A stretch of 63,677 nt of DNA, the filler included, from Folioceros fuciformis (lineage: Eukaryota): assembly GCA_049999805.1 (NCBI GenBank). It is 17 parts of 17 records of this genome, joined end to end, with 100 filler letters (N's around TTAATTAATTAA, not from the genome) between each part and the next. Parts side by side here need not be neighbours in the genome. Positions count along the whole stretch, not along the records: positions 17,594 to 25,266 come from JBNGIO010005178.1; positions 25,367 to 26,601 come from JBNGIO010005179.1; positions 26,702 to 28,887 come from JBNGIO010005180.1; positions 28,988 to 38,200 come from JBNGIO010005181.1; 13 more parts are not named here. One strand, 5' to 3'. Below are positions 24,487-37,968 of the stretch, piece after piece. Each line of letters starts with the position of its first letter. Within the stretch, counting starts at the first letter, position 1. Under the pieces are notes generated by a model, which had not been told where the DNA came from, did no database searches, and saw only the letters and a program-made list of their open reading frames with translations. A program made the position numbers and the translations under genes.

Positions 24487-25366
24487 GGATGACTTGGAGG
24501 TGTGTTTTTGTCATAAAAGTTTACCAAGTACATTAAGGTGTAGTATAGATGAATATTATACTATGGACAAGAAAGAAGACTCCATTACAAAGATAGAATG
24601 AACCTACTTATTCTAAGTTGAGTAGTCAGAAATGATCGAGCAAAATGTGAAAAGAATATGTATGCTTCATGCAAATAAAAATGATTAAACGTGTGTTTAT
24701 GTGGTGAGCTTTTGTAGGCCAAGAATGAAGAGCCACAACCCTTTGGTCTAACTTGGGCTAGTTACCTTTAGGTTTGATGTAACCACCTTAGTTTGTTTTT
24801 ATCCTATAACTCTCCCTCTCACACTTAGGTCACTTACTGTTAGGAAGGTAAAATTAACCTATATTATTATTGTACATACATAACATTATGTACATAAGAA
24901 GTGCCCCATACAACATAAAACAAATCATAACTAGCATTTCCATGATCAAGCTTGGATAAACCCTCACTATGACTCTAAGTTCTTCTTTTAATAATGTGAT
25001 GTATGATGAGCCTACAATTAGTTTTTGCTCTTCTTAGTTGAATCACATAGTATTATAGTTCATGATGATCTTCAATCCTATGCAGTAGAATGCCTCAATC
25101 AAACAACCTTGCACCACAATATTATGAGGGACATGCCTAAAGGCCTTGTTTCTACAACATCCACAAAAGGATGAGATGGATATTGTTGTCAAGGTGTGGA
25201 GGAAAAACCCCAGGCACTTATGTGAAACATTTGAGGATCTAACATACTCAAAGTTGTTCTCATGTTNNNNNNNNNNNNNNNNNNNNNNNNNNNNNNNNNN
25301 NNNNNNNNNNTTAATTAATTAANNNNNNNNNNNNNNNNNNNNNNNNNNNNNNNNNNNNNNNNNNNN

Positions 25367-26601
25367 GACTGATCCACCAACACGAGCTACTGCACCTCTC
25401 GGCCTTGTTCACAGTGATCTGTGTGGACCCCTGCCAAAGTCTCTAGGAGGCAAAGAGTATTTTCTGACTTTTATAGACAATTACACACGCTTCTGTGTGG
25501 TCTATTTTCTCTTCCACAAATCAGATACCTTTGCGTGTTTCCTGGAGTATGTTCATTGGGCAGAGCTGCAAACGGGCCATAAGTTGAAGGCCCTTAGGAG
25601 TGATAATGGTGGAGAGTATGTTGTAGGAGATTTCGTCAACTTCTGCAAGCAGAGAGGCATTGTTAGGCAATTCACAAATCCGCATACACCACAGCAGAAT
25701 GAGGTGGCTGAGAACAAGAACTGGAGCCTAGAAACCATGGCGTCCAGCATGCTACAGTATGCACAGTTGCCTAAGTGCTACTGGGCTGAGGCAGTTGCCT
25801 ATGCTGCCTACATTCAGAACAGAATTTCTCACAAAGCAGTACCTGGAGCCACGCCATACGAGCTATGGACGGGAAGAAAGCCGAGTGTATCTCATATGCG
25901 TGTCTTCGGTTCAAAGGCGTTTGTACAGGTTCCTAAGGACACACGCAGAAAGTTTGAGCCTAAATCTAGTCCGTACATTTTCGTTGGCTTCACAGAAGGA
26001 GTGAAAGGCTTCAAACTTCTCAACAAGCAAACTAGGAAAACTGTCCACTCACGCGATGTAGTGTTCGTTGAAGGCGTTGAATCTTTGCATACAGTGGGAG
26101 CAGCTGTTGGTGATTGGCAAACTTTAGAGGACGAGTCACAAGACGAGGAAAAGGAGATCCTTGTTGGAGATGTGTTGGTGCCATTACAAGCACCTCCACA
26201 GTCACCAAGCGTGCACACTCCGTTGAGGACATTTGGACGGGTGGTGACCAGTAGAAGTCTTTATGAGTCACCAAGCATTGATACAGCTGAAATGCATGAT
26301 CTAGAAGAAGAGGAGCCCTCGCATCCAAAGCTGTCTGCACAGCAAAGACAAAGGTTAAAACATGCACACCTGGAGCCTAGGACATCTGGCAAAACGCACA
26401 GGCAGCCTAAATTCTACGAATCTGAAGACTTCAGGCACCATAAATCTCACTTGACGTACTGCTTGGCCACGTACTCTACATGGTATGAACCTCCTACATA
26501 TAAGGATGCATTGTCGTGCCCAGATGCACCATTGTGGCAGAAAGCCATTGACTCGGAGCTGGGCTCCCTATATGAAAACAAGACTTGGGTCTTGACCAGT
26601 C
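25367..26601 (+). mobile_element. Ty1/copia integrase to start of RT
   Basis: VHSDLCGP, LRSDNGGEY, TPQQN, YWAEAV, ENKTWVL. Confidence 0.95.
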
Positions 26602-26701
26602 NNNNNNNNNNNNNNNNNNNNNNNNNNNNNNNNNNNNNNNNNNNNTTAATTAATTAANNNNNNNNNNNNNNNNNNNNNNNNNNNNNNNNNNNNNNNNNNN
26701 N

Positions 26702-26785
26702 TGCTCTTAGTTTTGGGATTCTGCATCTTGCTTCAACTAACTTGTTTTAACCTCCTTTGAGCATGGCGGGGGTGACATCTCAACA
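26702..26785 (+). repeat. 3' end of a family A LTR abutting the gag of another copia
   Basis: Matches 35221-35304 and is followed directly by gag coding sequence, not by a PBS. Confidence 0.9.
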
Positions 26786-28858
26786 ATATGGACGCGACTT
26801 CAGAACTTGTACGCTGGAACAGATGACACAACTCAAATGGCAGCACTTCGCAATATACAGAACTTAAGGATGAAAGAAGGAGAGTCTATTGAAAAACATC
26901 TAGTAGTCTTCAGAACTCTTATCTCCAAGTTTGAAAGTGCAGCACAGGAAAGTGTGAAGGATTCAGCACTGATCCTTTACTTCATGATGAGCCTCCCAGA
27001 ATCTTGGTTACATTTTGTGACCTCCTACAACACTTCGCAGCTGCAAGGGCAGAAGATAGCTAAAGCTGCGAATGTTACTCTCCCCAAACCGACATTTGCA
27101 CAATTTGTGGGAGCTCTCCTTCAAGAGGAAGCTGCAAGAGGACAATTCAAACGACCTGGTAAACAGCAAGCTTTGTACACCAACAACAAAGGACAGGGCA
27201 AAAAGCCCAACTTCAGAGGTAAACAGAATACCTCAGGTTCTAGCAGCTCGCAAGGAGCTTCTACACAGAAGAAACCCAAGAAGGCTGGAAAGTGCCACTA
27301 GTGCCAAATTCCAGGCCATTGGGAAAGTGAGTGTCGAAAGAAGCAGTCTGGAGTACCTCGCAAGGAGGGCAACTCCACTTCTCAGACACATGTTGTGGTG
27401 ACGAAACAAGGCTCGTCTGCAGCCCTTACAGTAGGGACCAGGGAGTTTACTCATCCTTTTCCTAATCCCACATGTCTGTCAATGAACACTCAAGGCAAAC
27501 CCATACTAGAGTGGTTCCTTGATACAGGTGCAACAGCGCACATCTATTTCGACAGAAACGCCTTCGTCACATACAGGTTAGTACGAGATAGATTTGTTTA
27601 CCTAGGTGACGATAGCAGGCTTGTGTGTCCAGGCATTGGCACAGTCAAGCTTCCTGTCCCTTCAGGCATCACACTTCTACTCACAGATGTGTTCCACGTG
27701 CCTGAAATGACAAGGAATCTCATTTCTGTTAGGAAAATGAATTTAGATAACAGTACACATATACTGTTTACTCCAACAGAATGTAGGATCTTAGATGCTT
27801 TTGATCATCGTAAGATCCTAGCCTATGGGTCGTTAGACACTGACCTGTTTAGGTTGCACACTCACATTAGCACTGCCACTGCCCATTTGGCTTCTAAGTC
27901 TCCAGAGATTGCTGAAAAGCAAGAAACAAAGGCTATGTTATGGCATGCTAGACTAGGTCATCCTCACAGCACCAAGTTGCAAAAATTAGCTGTAAGTGAC
28001 TTATATTTTGACGGGACGATCGGCAGCTTGCCTCCCTTACCTTTATGTGAAGCTTGTGTGCTGTCAAAACACCATCAGGCTGCCTTTAAGAACAAGGCTC
28101 CTCACAGGGCTTCTGAAGTCCTTGAACTTGTGCACACTGACATATGTGGGCCACTCTCACAGCCCTCCATTGGAGGAGGCAGATATTTCCTCACATTCAC
28201 AGACGACAAGACCAGATTTGTCATTGCTTATATCTTGAAAGCTAAAAGTGAGTGCTTCTCTCTGTTTAAAGAGTGCATGAAGCTTGCAGAGAGATGGACA
28301 ATCAAACAGCTGAAAACCCTACGTTCAGACAATGGCGGAGAATTCACATCAAATGAATTTCAGGCTTTTTGCAAAGACGAGGGTATTGGGAGACAACTTA
28401 CAGTTGTTTATACGCCGCAGCAGAACAATGTTGCTGAGCGCTTGAACCTGATGTTGCAGGAGATGGTTTCCTCTATGCTTCATCAAGCCTCATTGCCTCT
28501 CTCCTATTGGGCTGAAGCCCTTATGACAGCTGTGTATCTACGCAACAGATTACCTACAACTATTGTGCTCGGACAAACCCCTTATGAAGTTTTTTATGGC
28601 CAGAAACCAGCTATCCTACATCTTTAGACCTTCGGGTGTGTGGCATACGCCTTCATACCTAAAGCCAAGAGACCAAAGTTCGCTGCTAAAGCCAAGAAAT
28701 TCCTCATGATAGGATACACTGAAGGTATCAAGGCTTATAAGCTATACGACGTACCTCAGAACAAGGTGGTCTATGCACGCAGTGTGACCTTTGATGAAGG
28801 TCAAACTTGGCAGCAAGTGGGAGCTGTCCCCACAGAGGAGGTGATAGGTTATATTTAA
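26786..28858 (+). mobile_element. Ty1/copia gag-protease-integrase with stops
   Basis: MSLPESW, CH*CQIPGHWESEC, WFLDTGATAH, WHARLGH...CEAC, LRSDNGGEF. Confidence 0.95.
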
Positions 28859-28987
28859 TTTTACCTTTTATTAGTTCAGGTTAGGGTNNNNNNNNNNNNN
28901 NNNNNNNNNNNNNNNNNNNNNNNNNNNNNNNTTAATTAATTAANNNNNNNNNNNNNNNNNNNNNNNNNNNNNNNNNNNNNNNNNNNN

Positions 28988-30369
28988 TTCTTGAGGACTA
29001 GAGTCTGCAGCATCAGATCTTTGGAATCATAAACCAGCTTAACCTGCGTCCACCAGTCAGCTGCAGTTTCTCCAGCACCCTGGAAAATCCCAATATGCGT
29101 ACTCTTGACGCTAAAGTGCAGCAGGGACTTTGCCTGCTGGTCTGCTTCCTCCTACTTGGCTATGTCTTCAGTTGCTGAACCAGGAGGAGGTTTAGGTATA
29201 GGCATCGGAGGTGTGCCTATGCCTTGGACATGGCCCCAAAGTTTGTGCAACTTCAGAACTTCCTCCATGCGCAGCTTCCATACATGGAAGTTCTCACCAT
29301 CGAACTTGTCCTTCTTGGCAATGTTCAGAATTGGTGACTGCTGAGTCGCTGGGACCTGGCCCGCCATAGTTGTCCCTTCTACTGTTGAACAGGTTTATAT
29401 GTGGCTTTGCAGGAATAGGGCTGATGCTGGTGACTGCAGCACTGTGAGGTAACCTCCAGGAGGTGTGTGTGGTGGACGCTGTACTCAGATTCTATCTTGT
29501 ACAATATGTGCGTTGCATACTGATGCACGGTTGTTCATGTGCAGGGGCTCCCAAGAAGAGAGCATTTAGGTATTTACGCAACTTGCATATACAACATATA
29601 TGCTGTTTCCAACTTGCATATACGCTGAAGTTGGAAAGCAAAGATAGAAGGTCTTGCTGCTCGAAGGAAGCAACATGTTTGTCAAACAAGGTTAGAAACA
29701 TCGATATTGCTCCAATCATAGCCATCCAGAGCAGGGTATCCATTGAGGACATTAGTTGCCATCAATTCAAGAATTATGTAGACCTTGTTCCAAACTTGTT
29801 GCCAGCGATTAGGGGCGAGTGTTTGGAGGTACTCCTCGTCCCTTCTTTGCTGCCACTCTCTCAATTCTTGCTGCCTACTAGCTCTGCGTGCAAGGCGTTG
29901 TAGCTTCCTAAGACCAGGCATAGTTGATAACTTGGTGTTGTGCTGTAAACATTCTCTAAACGAGCTTTGACCAGATTCATGTGCTGACAACAATCCACCA
30001 GATAGCATCGCTCAGATCGCGGTAGGAAGAGAACGCATGGATTGTGCTACCTCATGAAGGAGTAGCACAGAAAATCGCAGAGAAGCAAGCGTTCTTGAAA
30101 ATGATAACCACCACGTCACATATTCCATCCCAGGATAGGAAAGAATGCAACGCAGCAATTACCATGCATGAAGCATCAGGCCAGAACAGTGATTAGGGGA
30201 TCAAAGTCTGGCTCTGATACCATGAGAGATCGCAAGAGAGATGCTTGCTTAGGAAAGAAAATGTACAGACCATGTCTTATGAACGCAGAATCGGTGGACG
30301 GTTGGCCGTTAGGGGTCCTAATCGCCCGCTAGAGTTTCTAACCTAATGACCTGTAACTAACTAACTACA
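28988..30369 (-). mobile_element. Copia 5' end: LTR (30223-30369, TG...CA), tRNA-Met PBS (30211-30222), long leader, gag start
   Basis: TGGTATCAGAGC directly after the LTR CA, and gag DKFDGENFHVWKLRM...LWGHVQG. Confidence 0.88.
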
Positions 30370-33300
30370 TGTATACTCTCATCTCCTCCAAGGCTTCTTC
30401 TCGATCCTCCTCATAGGTGATGAAAGCTTCCAACCTAGCTTCTTGGCTCTCCCTCACCGGCAGCCTAGCCTCCTCCATGACACGGTGAGTGGGAATCTCA
30501 AACTCGATGGGAAGAACAGGCGACATACCATAGGTCAAGTAGTAGGGAGTCCTCGTCCTGTGATCTTTTCTGCTGTCCTGTAAGCCCAAAGTGCTGAATG
30601 CAACTTGGTGTCCCAATCATACATGTGAGTCACAGTCACCTTGGTCAAGATAGTCCCCAAAAGACCATTGGTCTTCTTCGTCAACCCATTCACCTTCGGA
30701 TTGTAAGGAGTGGTCTTCCTATGACAAATGTTGAAGTAGGTGGTCAAGGCGGTGATGACTTCCTTGAGAAAATGTGTCCCCCTATCACTGACCAACTCCA
30801 AAGGACACCCATAGTGTGGGATGATGTTCTCAAACATAAATTTGGCCACTGTTGGGGCATCATCCCGTCGGGTCGCCTCTGCCTCCACCATCTTGGTGCA
30901 GTAGTTTGTCGCCACTAGGATGTATTGCTTCCTTGTCCAGCAAGTAGGTGGACGAAACGGCCCTACAAAGTCGATCCCCCACTTCTCGAACGGAGCCAAT
31001 GGCAGGATGTAGGTCAACGGCCACCTGGTTGTCAATGTGGGTCTCCCTACCCTTTGACAAGCATCACACCTCCTCACAAATTCCCACACATCCCTCTGCA
31101 TGGTAGCCCACCAAAACCCAATATCCAAGATCTTCTTGATGATAATGGGGACTGAATAGTGGCCTCTTGCCTCTTCCACGTGGAAAGCTTCGGTTACCAC
31201 AACACCTTCATTCACTTCCAAACACCACCTCACCTTACCATCCGGACCTAGTTTGTACAAGACCCCTTGCTTCAAACAATATGGGCCTGTCTTGTGCAAG
31301 AACACTGCCCTACCCTCGCGGCTCGATCCAGCTAGCATGATTCCAAACTCCAGAAATCTCCTCACCTTGACTGGTAGCAATTGCCTAGCACAAGGCCTTC
31401 CCAACTTGTCGCTACGGTGGCTCCTCTTCCTCCGAGCCTAGCTGACCTTCTGGCTGCTCTCAACCCTTGTACAGGTTCCTCCTCCCTCACTAGCAACCTG
31501 TTCATCAAACTCTCCCTCTTCTACCGTATGTACAACAGCAATCAGCTCCTCATCAGGAAACCTGTCATCCGTTTCTCTAACCTTCCCTTTGGTTTTGAGT
31601 CTAGAAACAAGTCAGCATTAACATGGCTCTTCCTTGCTCTTGTTTCCACCTCAAAATCAAACTCCTGCAGCAAGAGAATCCACATAGCAATCCTCCCTGA
31701 TAGGTCAGGCTTGTTCACAAGATACTTCAAAGCAAAGTGGTCCACATGAAACACTACCTTGCAAGCTAGAAGGTAGTGACGGGACTTCTTACTAGCGTAG
31801 ATGATGCCCAAAGCCTCTCTCTTCGTTGTGGAGTAGTTCCTCTCCGCATCCGTGAGTTGCCTTCCAGCATAGAAGATAGGGTCATCCCTCTTCTTCTCAT
31901 CTTGTTGGCTGAGGATGGCCCCTACACCATAGGCTGACACATCCATATACAATGAAAGGTCTTCTCCCAAGTTGGTGGGCTCAATGTGGGTGCTGCCACC
32001 AAACTCCTCTTCAAGTCCTGAAATGCTTCCTCCCTCTCCGGGGTCCACTCATACAGCACATCCTTCTTCGTTAGCTGGGTCAAAGCTGCAGCCTTCTTAG
32101 CGAAATCCTTGATGAATCTCCTGTAGTAGCCCACCAACCCAATGAAGGCTCTAACCTATCTCACGCTCTGAGGTGCATCCATCTCCGAGATGATCTTCAC
32201 CTTTTCCATGTCGACTTGCAACCCCCTAGCTGAAACTCTATGGGCTAGCAAGATACCCTCCGTCATGCAAAAGAAACACTTCCCTGGATGCAACTTGAGG
32301 TTAGTCTCCCTACACCTTTGCAAGTACTTCCTCAAATGTTCCAAGTGTAGGTTCCTCCTTCCAAAGACACAAAAGTCATCCAAGAACACCTCCATGAACT
32401 TCCGAAGGAACTCCTTGAAAATGGTATTCACCACCCGCTGGAAAAATGCTGGAGCATTGGAGAGCCCAAAAGGCAGCTTGGTGTAGGCGTACGTCCCCCA
32501 ATCAGTTGTGAAAGTCATCTTGTCACGATCCTCCTTCTACAGTGTGATCTGATTGTAACCTGAATCCCCATCCAGGAAACTGTACATCTCATGTCCAGCA
32601 ACTGTGTCTAGCACATTGTCCATGAAAGGGAATGGATGATGGCCTTTCTTGGTCGCCTCATTGAGCTTCCTAAAGTACTAGCAAACCCTCACCTTGCCAG
32701 CTTGCTTCTTAGGCACCACCATAATTGGAGCTACCCACTCACTAGTTAGGACACGATAGATGACTCCAGCCTCCAAGTATTGGTCCAATTGATCCTTCAC
32801 AACCATGGAGTACTTTGGGTTTAGCCGGTATTGCTTCACACGGACCGGTGTGCTTCCCTCCTTGAGATCTATCTTGTGAACACCCAGTTCCTCCGGAACA
32901 CCTGTCATGTCCGTCACCTTGAAGGCAAACACATCCAAGTATTCAGTCAGCAGTGTCTTCAAACCTACCTTCTCCTTGGGTGTGAGGTACTTGGACACCT
33001 TGACCTTCTTCTCTAGGGCCAACTCCATGTCCTCCACAACATCTGGATCCACGTAAACTCCTTTGGGACTACTCCCTACACTTGTTCCTGATCTTTCTTC
33101 CGGGAAATCGTAGTCATAGGCCTTCCCCTTCCAAAAGGCAGCTCCTTCCCTTTGCTCTTCATCCTCCGGTGGGTCTTCATTTTCCTCCACTTTAGTATGG
33201 AAACAAGTTGTTTCTTGACCCAAATGCACGATCCTGACAGTATGCCCTACTCCCTTGTAGGCTCCTGTACTGCTGGAAGTGCTACCTCCAGCACTACCGG

Positions 33301-33840
33301 ATGTGTACCCGGTGGATGGTCCTGCTGTTTCTCTCCCATAGGGAACTTTGCTCCACGAGACAAATGAAACTTCCGCAGGTCCTATAGGTTTAGACCTAAA
33401 GGTCACACCTTTCCTGCCAAAATCAAACACACATGCTGTCCCATACAGCCACGGTCTCCCAAGGAGCACCTTGTACCCTAGGTCAGACACTGGCCTCATG
33501 ACAATGTAGGTCTGCTTGAAAGTGATCCCTCCTATCACCGTAGGCACATCCCTCAACACTCCTAGAGGCTTCCTCTTGGCCTGGTCTGCCATCCTAAGGT
33601 TCACGCGAATAGGGTCAAACTCCGTGAACCCCAAATGATGGGTTGTGTCCTCCGTCATGAGATTGACACCAGACCCCGTATCCAACGGTACATCATGCAC
33701 CAAACAACCTGCAATCTCCACCTCTATCTCAGGAGCTCCACAATCAGCCAACTCCACTGAACTCATCCAAGTAGGGACTGTCTTCCCTTCAAGTGGCTCC
33801 GGTATCCCTCGGATGGCCTCCTTCACGATCTTCCTGGCCT
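30370..33840 (-). mobile_element. Non-chromoviral Ty3/gypsy (Athila/Tat-like) pol: AP-RT-RH-INT, frameshifted
   Basis: LDTGSGVN, VFLDDF, RH YSTTKREALG / HVDHFALKYL, INT PFEKWGIDFVGP / SDRGTHF. Confidence 0.95.
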
Positions 33841-34905
33841 AGTTAGAATTGCTAACGCGGAAGCAGATGCATTGAAAATGATCTATTAGCAAATTAATTA
33901 GGTGGATACAAGGTAGGCCTTAAGTAGTAGTTTACGAAGGGGTGTGCCCTTTGACTAACCTGCCAGTTAACTAAGTACACTTATAACTATATCTAGTTAG
34001 GCTAACCAACGTAATACAAAACCACATGGTCTGCCTTATATTCCAACTCTCCCTCTCAGACACGTGCTGATTGTTGTTAGAAGAGAGCTCCTAAGTACAA
34101 ACGGAGATCATTGTTGTTGACTCCAAGCTTTAAACATCTTCAAAACGGCTATCACCTAGAGTCGGTAGTCCTCACTCTTATAGAGCCTGTAGTCTACAGG
34201 ATCTCACAAAGTAGAACACCACTCTAGTGACCAGAAGAGAAGCATGCCAATTGCTTCATATCATCAACCTAAATGACGGAATATTTGTGTAGTGAAAGGT
34301 CCTACCAAATAAGTGATTTGTCTAGTATCATGTATATACTACAGTCCACCAAACCAAGCCCTTCTCTGTGAAAACAGTGTTTGAACTTAGGCAAGGACTT
34401 GGTCGGGACATCTGCTGTGTTGTCGTCGGTAGGTACATATTGAACCTTGACGATACCTCTCTCAGTAGCATCCCTAATAGAATGATGTTGAATTTCTATA
34501 TGCTTGGTGCGTGCATGGAAGACAGGGTTAGCAACCAAAGCAATTGCTGACATGTTGTCACAATGCAAGGCTGTTGGCCCTTCTTGCTTTATACCCAAGT
34601 CTTCACAAAGCTTTCTTTCCCACTCATCCTCCTTAGTGGCTTCGGTGAGTGCCTTGTACTCAAACTCTATGGAAGAAAGGGAGATGGCTACTTGTTTTCT
34701 ACATGACCAGTTAACTACAGAGGAGTTGGCCAGAGAACGATAAGCTGATATACTTTTTCGGGTGTCTACATCAGAAGCCCAATCTGCATCTACATAACAA
34801 GTTAGCTGCAGATGCTCCTTCCCGCTTGGCATATAGCAAAGGCCATAATTAGGTGTACCCTTAAGGTACCTCATAATTCGCTTGATAGCAACCCAGTGAT
34901 CCTTT
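33841..34905 (-). mobile_element. Copia family B 3' end (RT end, RNase H, PPT, LTR 33841-34048) inserted in gypsy
   Basis: ORF 34302..34874 has YVDADWA and HCDNMSAI. The LTR and UTR match 18005-18745. Confidence 0.93.
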
Positions 34906-37390
34906 TGTTAAGCATGATTAATGTTGAGATTAATTAGTGCTAATCCAGCTTATTGAGTTTGTACTAATTAGTGGTAAGAGTGATTAAGGTTATGATTTAT
35001 ATATATATATAGCTTATTAGACTTTGATATGTTAGGCAAAAAAGTATTGTAGGGTTTGGGGTCATTTATCCCATATGGGGCACGAAATGAGAGTGCCACC
35101 CATAGGTCCATAAAAGAAGGGATGAACCCACTTAGTATATGCAGTCTAACTCCCTCTTCATTTGTATTGTGTTGTTTTTGTAATTCTCCTTTTTATTTGA
35201 GTTTAAGAGTCTTGTTATAGTGCTCTTATTTTTGGGATTCTGCATCTTGCTTCAACTAACTTGTTTTACCCTCCTTTGAGCATGGCGGGGGTGACATCTC
35301 AACAGGTTATGGGCCCACACACCCAAGGGACCGTCACTCTACAAGTTATCTCAAAGTCTGGAGGTGACAACTTCAACTTGTGGAAGTTCAAGATGCAAAT
35401 GTTGTTGGCTGAAAAAGGCCTTTGGAGAATTGTGTCGGGGAGCGAGGAGCGTCCAAATGAAGTGGAGAGACAGCCCAAGTGGGATGAGCTTGCAGGCAAG
35501 GCCTTTGCAAATATTTGTTTCAACTTAGAAGATGCACAATTGATGCATGTGACCACTTGCAAATCAGTAAGAGAGGCTTGGCTGAAATTAGAGGCTTTGT
35601 ATGAGAACAAGAGCCTTGTGAATCGCTTGTTCTTAAGGCGTAGATTCTTTTCCATTCAAATGGGTGAGAGTGATAGAGTGATTGAGCACGTAGACAAGGT
35701 GAGGAGTCTTTCCCAACAATTGGCAGTCATTGGAGCTCCTGTGACGGATGATGACCTTGTGATGACTCTTCTTGCAAGCTTGCCGGAGTCATATAACAAT
35801 TTGATTGTAGCTTTAGAATCAAGAGTAGATGCTCTTACATTTGAGATTGTTGTGGGAAGACTACTCCATGAAGAGACCAAACGAAAGGAGAAGGGGAAGA
35901 CATCGAAAGAATCAGCCTTTGTGACCAAGAAGATTGGCGACGGATCAGCCAACCTTGTGAAACAAACGGAGGCCTCTTCATTCACGGGGAGAAATCGTAG
36001 ATCTAATCTCACTTGCAATTACTGTGGCAAGGTTGGACATTTTGCAAGGAATTGCTTCAAGAGAGATCGAGATGAGAAGGCAAAGAGTCAAGGAACTCTT
36101 CGTGGAAGAGTATGAGGAAGCTTTTGTGTGCACACATCATCCCTCCAAGCAAGTCGAAGAATGGTACATTGATTCGGGAGCTACGGAGCACATGACCAAT
36201 AGGCGTGAGTGGTTCCAATCTTTCAAGTCCATTGCTGCTACCAAGATCTATTTGAGTGATAATTCAATCCAAATGTGTGAGGGGGAAGGTGTTGTGGCAA
36301 TAGATATGACCACACCTAACGGAGTAGTGCGTGGGATGTTGAAAAGGGTGCTATACGTACCAGGCTTGGGGAAGAACTTGTTTTCCGTGAGTGCAGCCAC
36401 CTCTCTAGGATTGGTAGTGAGATTTGAAGGATCTAATGTGTCTTTCACTAATGCGCACGGAGAAGTGAGGGCACAAGGAGAAAAGATTGGCAAGCTCTAT
36501 TGCTTGAGTGGGAGCGTTGTCATGCTGAGGTCGAGCATCGAGGAGGCAAATGTGGTACAAAAGAACACTAACAAGTTGCTCTTATGGCACCAAAGGCTAG
36601 GACATCTTGGCGTTCAAAACATCAAGCTCATGGATCGTAAGAAAATGGTGCAAGGACTCGATCTTGGTGAAGACGAAGACATTGGCGTTTGCAAAGGGTG
36701 TATTATGGGTAAGCAACACCGCCTTCCATTTCCAAAGCAAGGAAGTAGATCCAATCATTTGTTAGAGGTGGTGCATACAGACATCTGTGGTCCCATGAAG
36801 ACTACATCCATAGGAGGTGCTAAGTATTTTCTTACCTTCACGGATGATAAGTCTAAATATACAAAGGTGTATTTTTTGAAATCCAAGGAGGCATGCTTCT
36901 CCAAATTCAAGGAGTACAAAGCATTTGTGGAGAACCAAATTGGGAGAAAGATCAAGACTCTACGAAGTGACAATGGAGGGGAGTACATGTCCAAGGAATT
37001 TGAGATGTTTTGCAAGGAGCACGGAATTGTTCATCAATTCTCAGCACCTTATAGTCCTCAACAAAACGGAGTTGCAGAACGCAAAAATAGAACTTTGGTA
37101 GAATGTGCAAAAAGTATGTTGCACCATGGAGGATTGGGATATGAGTTTTGGGGTGAGGCTATTGCAACTGCTGTGTATCTAACAAATAGGAGTGTGACTG
37201 CATCATTGGAGGGCATCACACCCGAAGAGTGCTGGACCGGAAGGAAGCCTTCCATTGCTCATTTGAATGTCTTTGGGTGCAAGGCATTTGTGCATAAGTC
37301 CAAGGAGATAAGAACCAAGTTGGAGGCAAAGTCAGTGGAGTGTATTTTTGTAGGTTATGACTTGGAGAGAAAAGCTTTTCGATTGTATGA
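34906..37390 (+). mobile_element. Copia family A 5' half: LTR 34906-35304, PBS GGTTATGGGCCC, gag, protease, integrase
   Basis: NFNLWKFKM, CNYCGKVGHFARNC, WYIDSGATEH, WHQRLGH, LRSDNGGEY. Frameshift near 36100. Confidence 0.95.
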
Positions 37391-37956
37391 TGTGGTGGAA
37401 AGAATCCGGGGACACCCAGGGGCTTCCCTCTAGCGGCCACACCTATCCCGCTGTCGTGTAGTCTAGCAGGTTTCGTTCCCTCGAAGGAGGGCCTGTCCTA
37501 GTTGTGTGTGTGCGACTCTATTCGTACCTTTCTTCTACCACGACCCTCGCGAACCTGAATACACCTCCTGTCTGCCAAACACGCCTCTGCTGTCGGCGAC
37601 TCACTCCAGTAGGACACCCACGAGTGTGCGTGCAAAACACGGCACCTCACACCCAGGCGTCTGGGCCGTCACGATCCCCACCAAGCTACCAAACGCTGCA
37701 GACGACGCAACCGGCAGGAGCGCACTTGTTGGAACACGAACAAGTGTGCTCAGGCTTGGTAAGAAACGAAAACCAACCACTTTATCTCTTGAGTCCTATG
37801 ACTCTTATAGAATTCCTGGCTACTGTCGGTTGGGGTGGTTGATCGGGTAGGCAGCCATTGATGGTCCCTCACCTGCTACAGCGCTTAAGCGCATTAAACA
37901 GTGTCTTTAAACGCTTAAACCACCCCTCCTACCACGTCTATCCTAACTACCCAACT
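37391..37956. mobile_element. LTR-like non-coding insertion ending the family A integrase
   Basis: Integrase homology stops at RLYD. The sequence then starts TGTGGTGGAAAG, resembling the gypsy LTR terminus TGTGGGGGAAA at 54418. Boundaries are approximate. Confidence 0.45.
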
Positions 37957-37968
37957 CTATTGGGGATG

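Noticed and set aside
36024-36115. Programmed gag-pol frameshift in family A
   Set aside because: Most plant copia elements encode a single ORF and this copy is otherwise damaged. A simple indel is more likely and no clear slippery site was seen.
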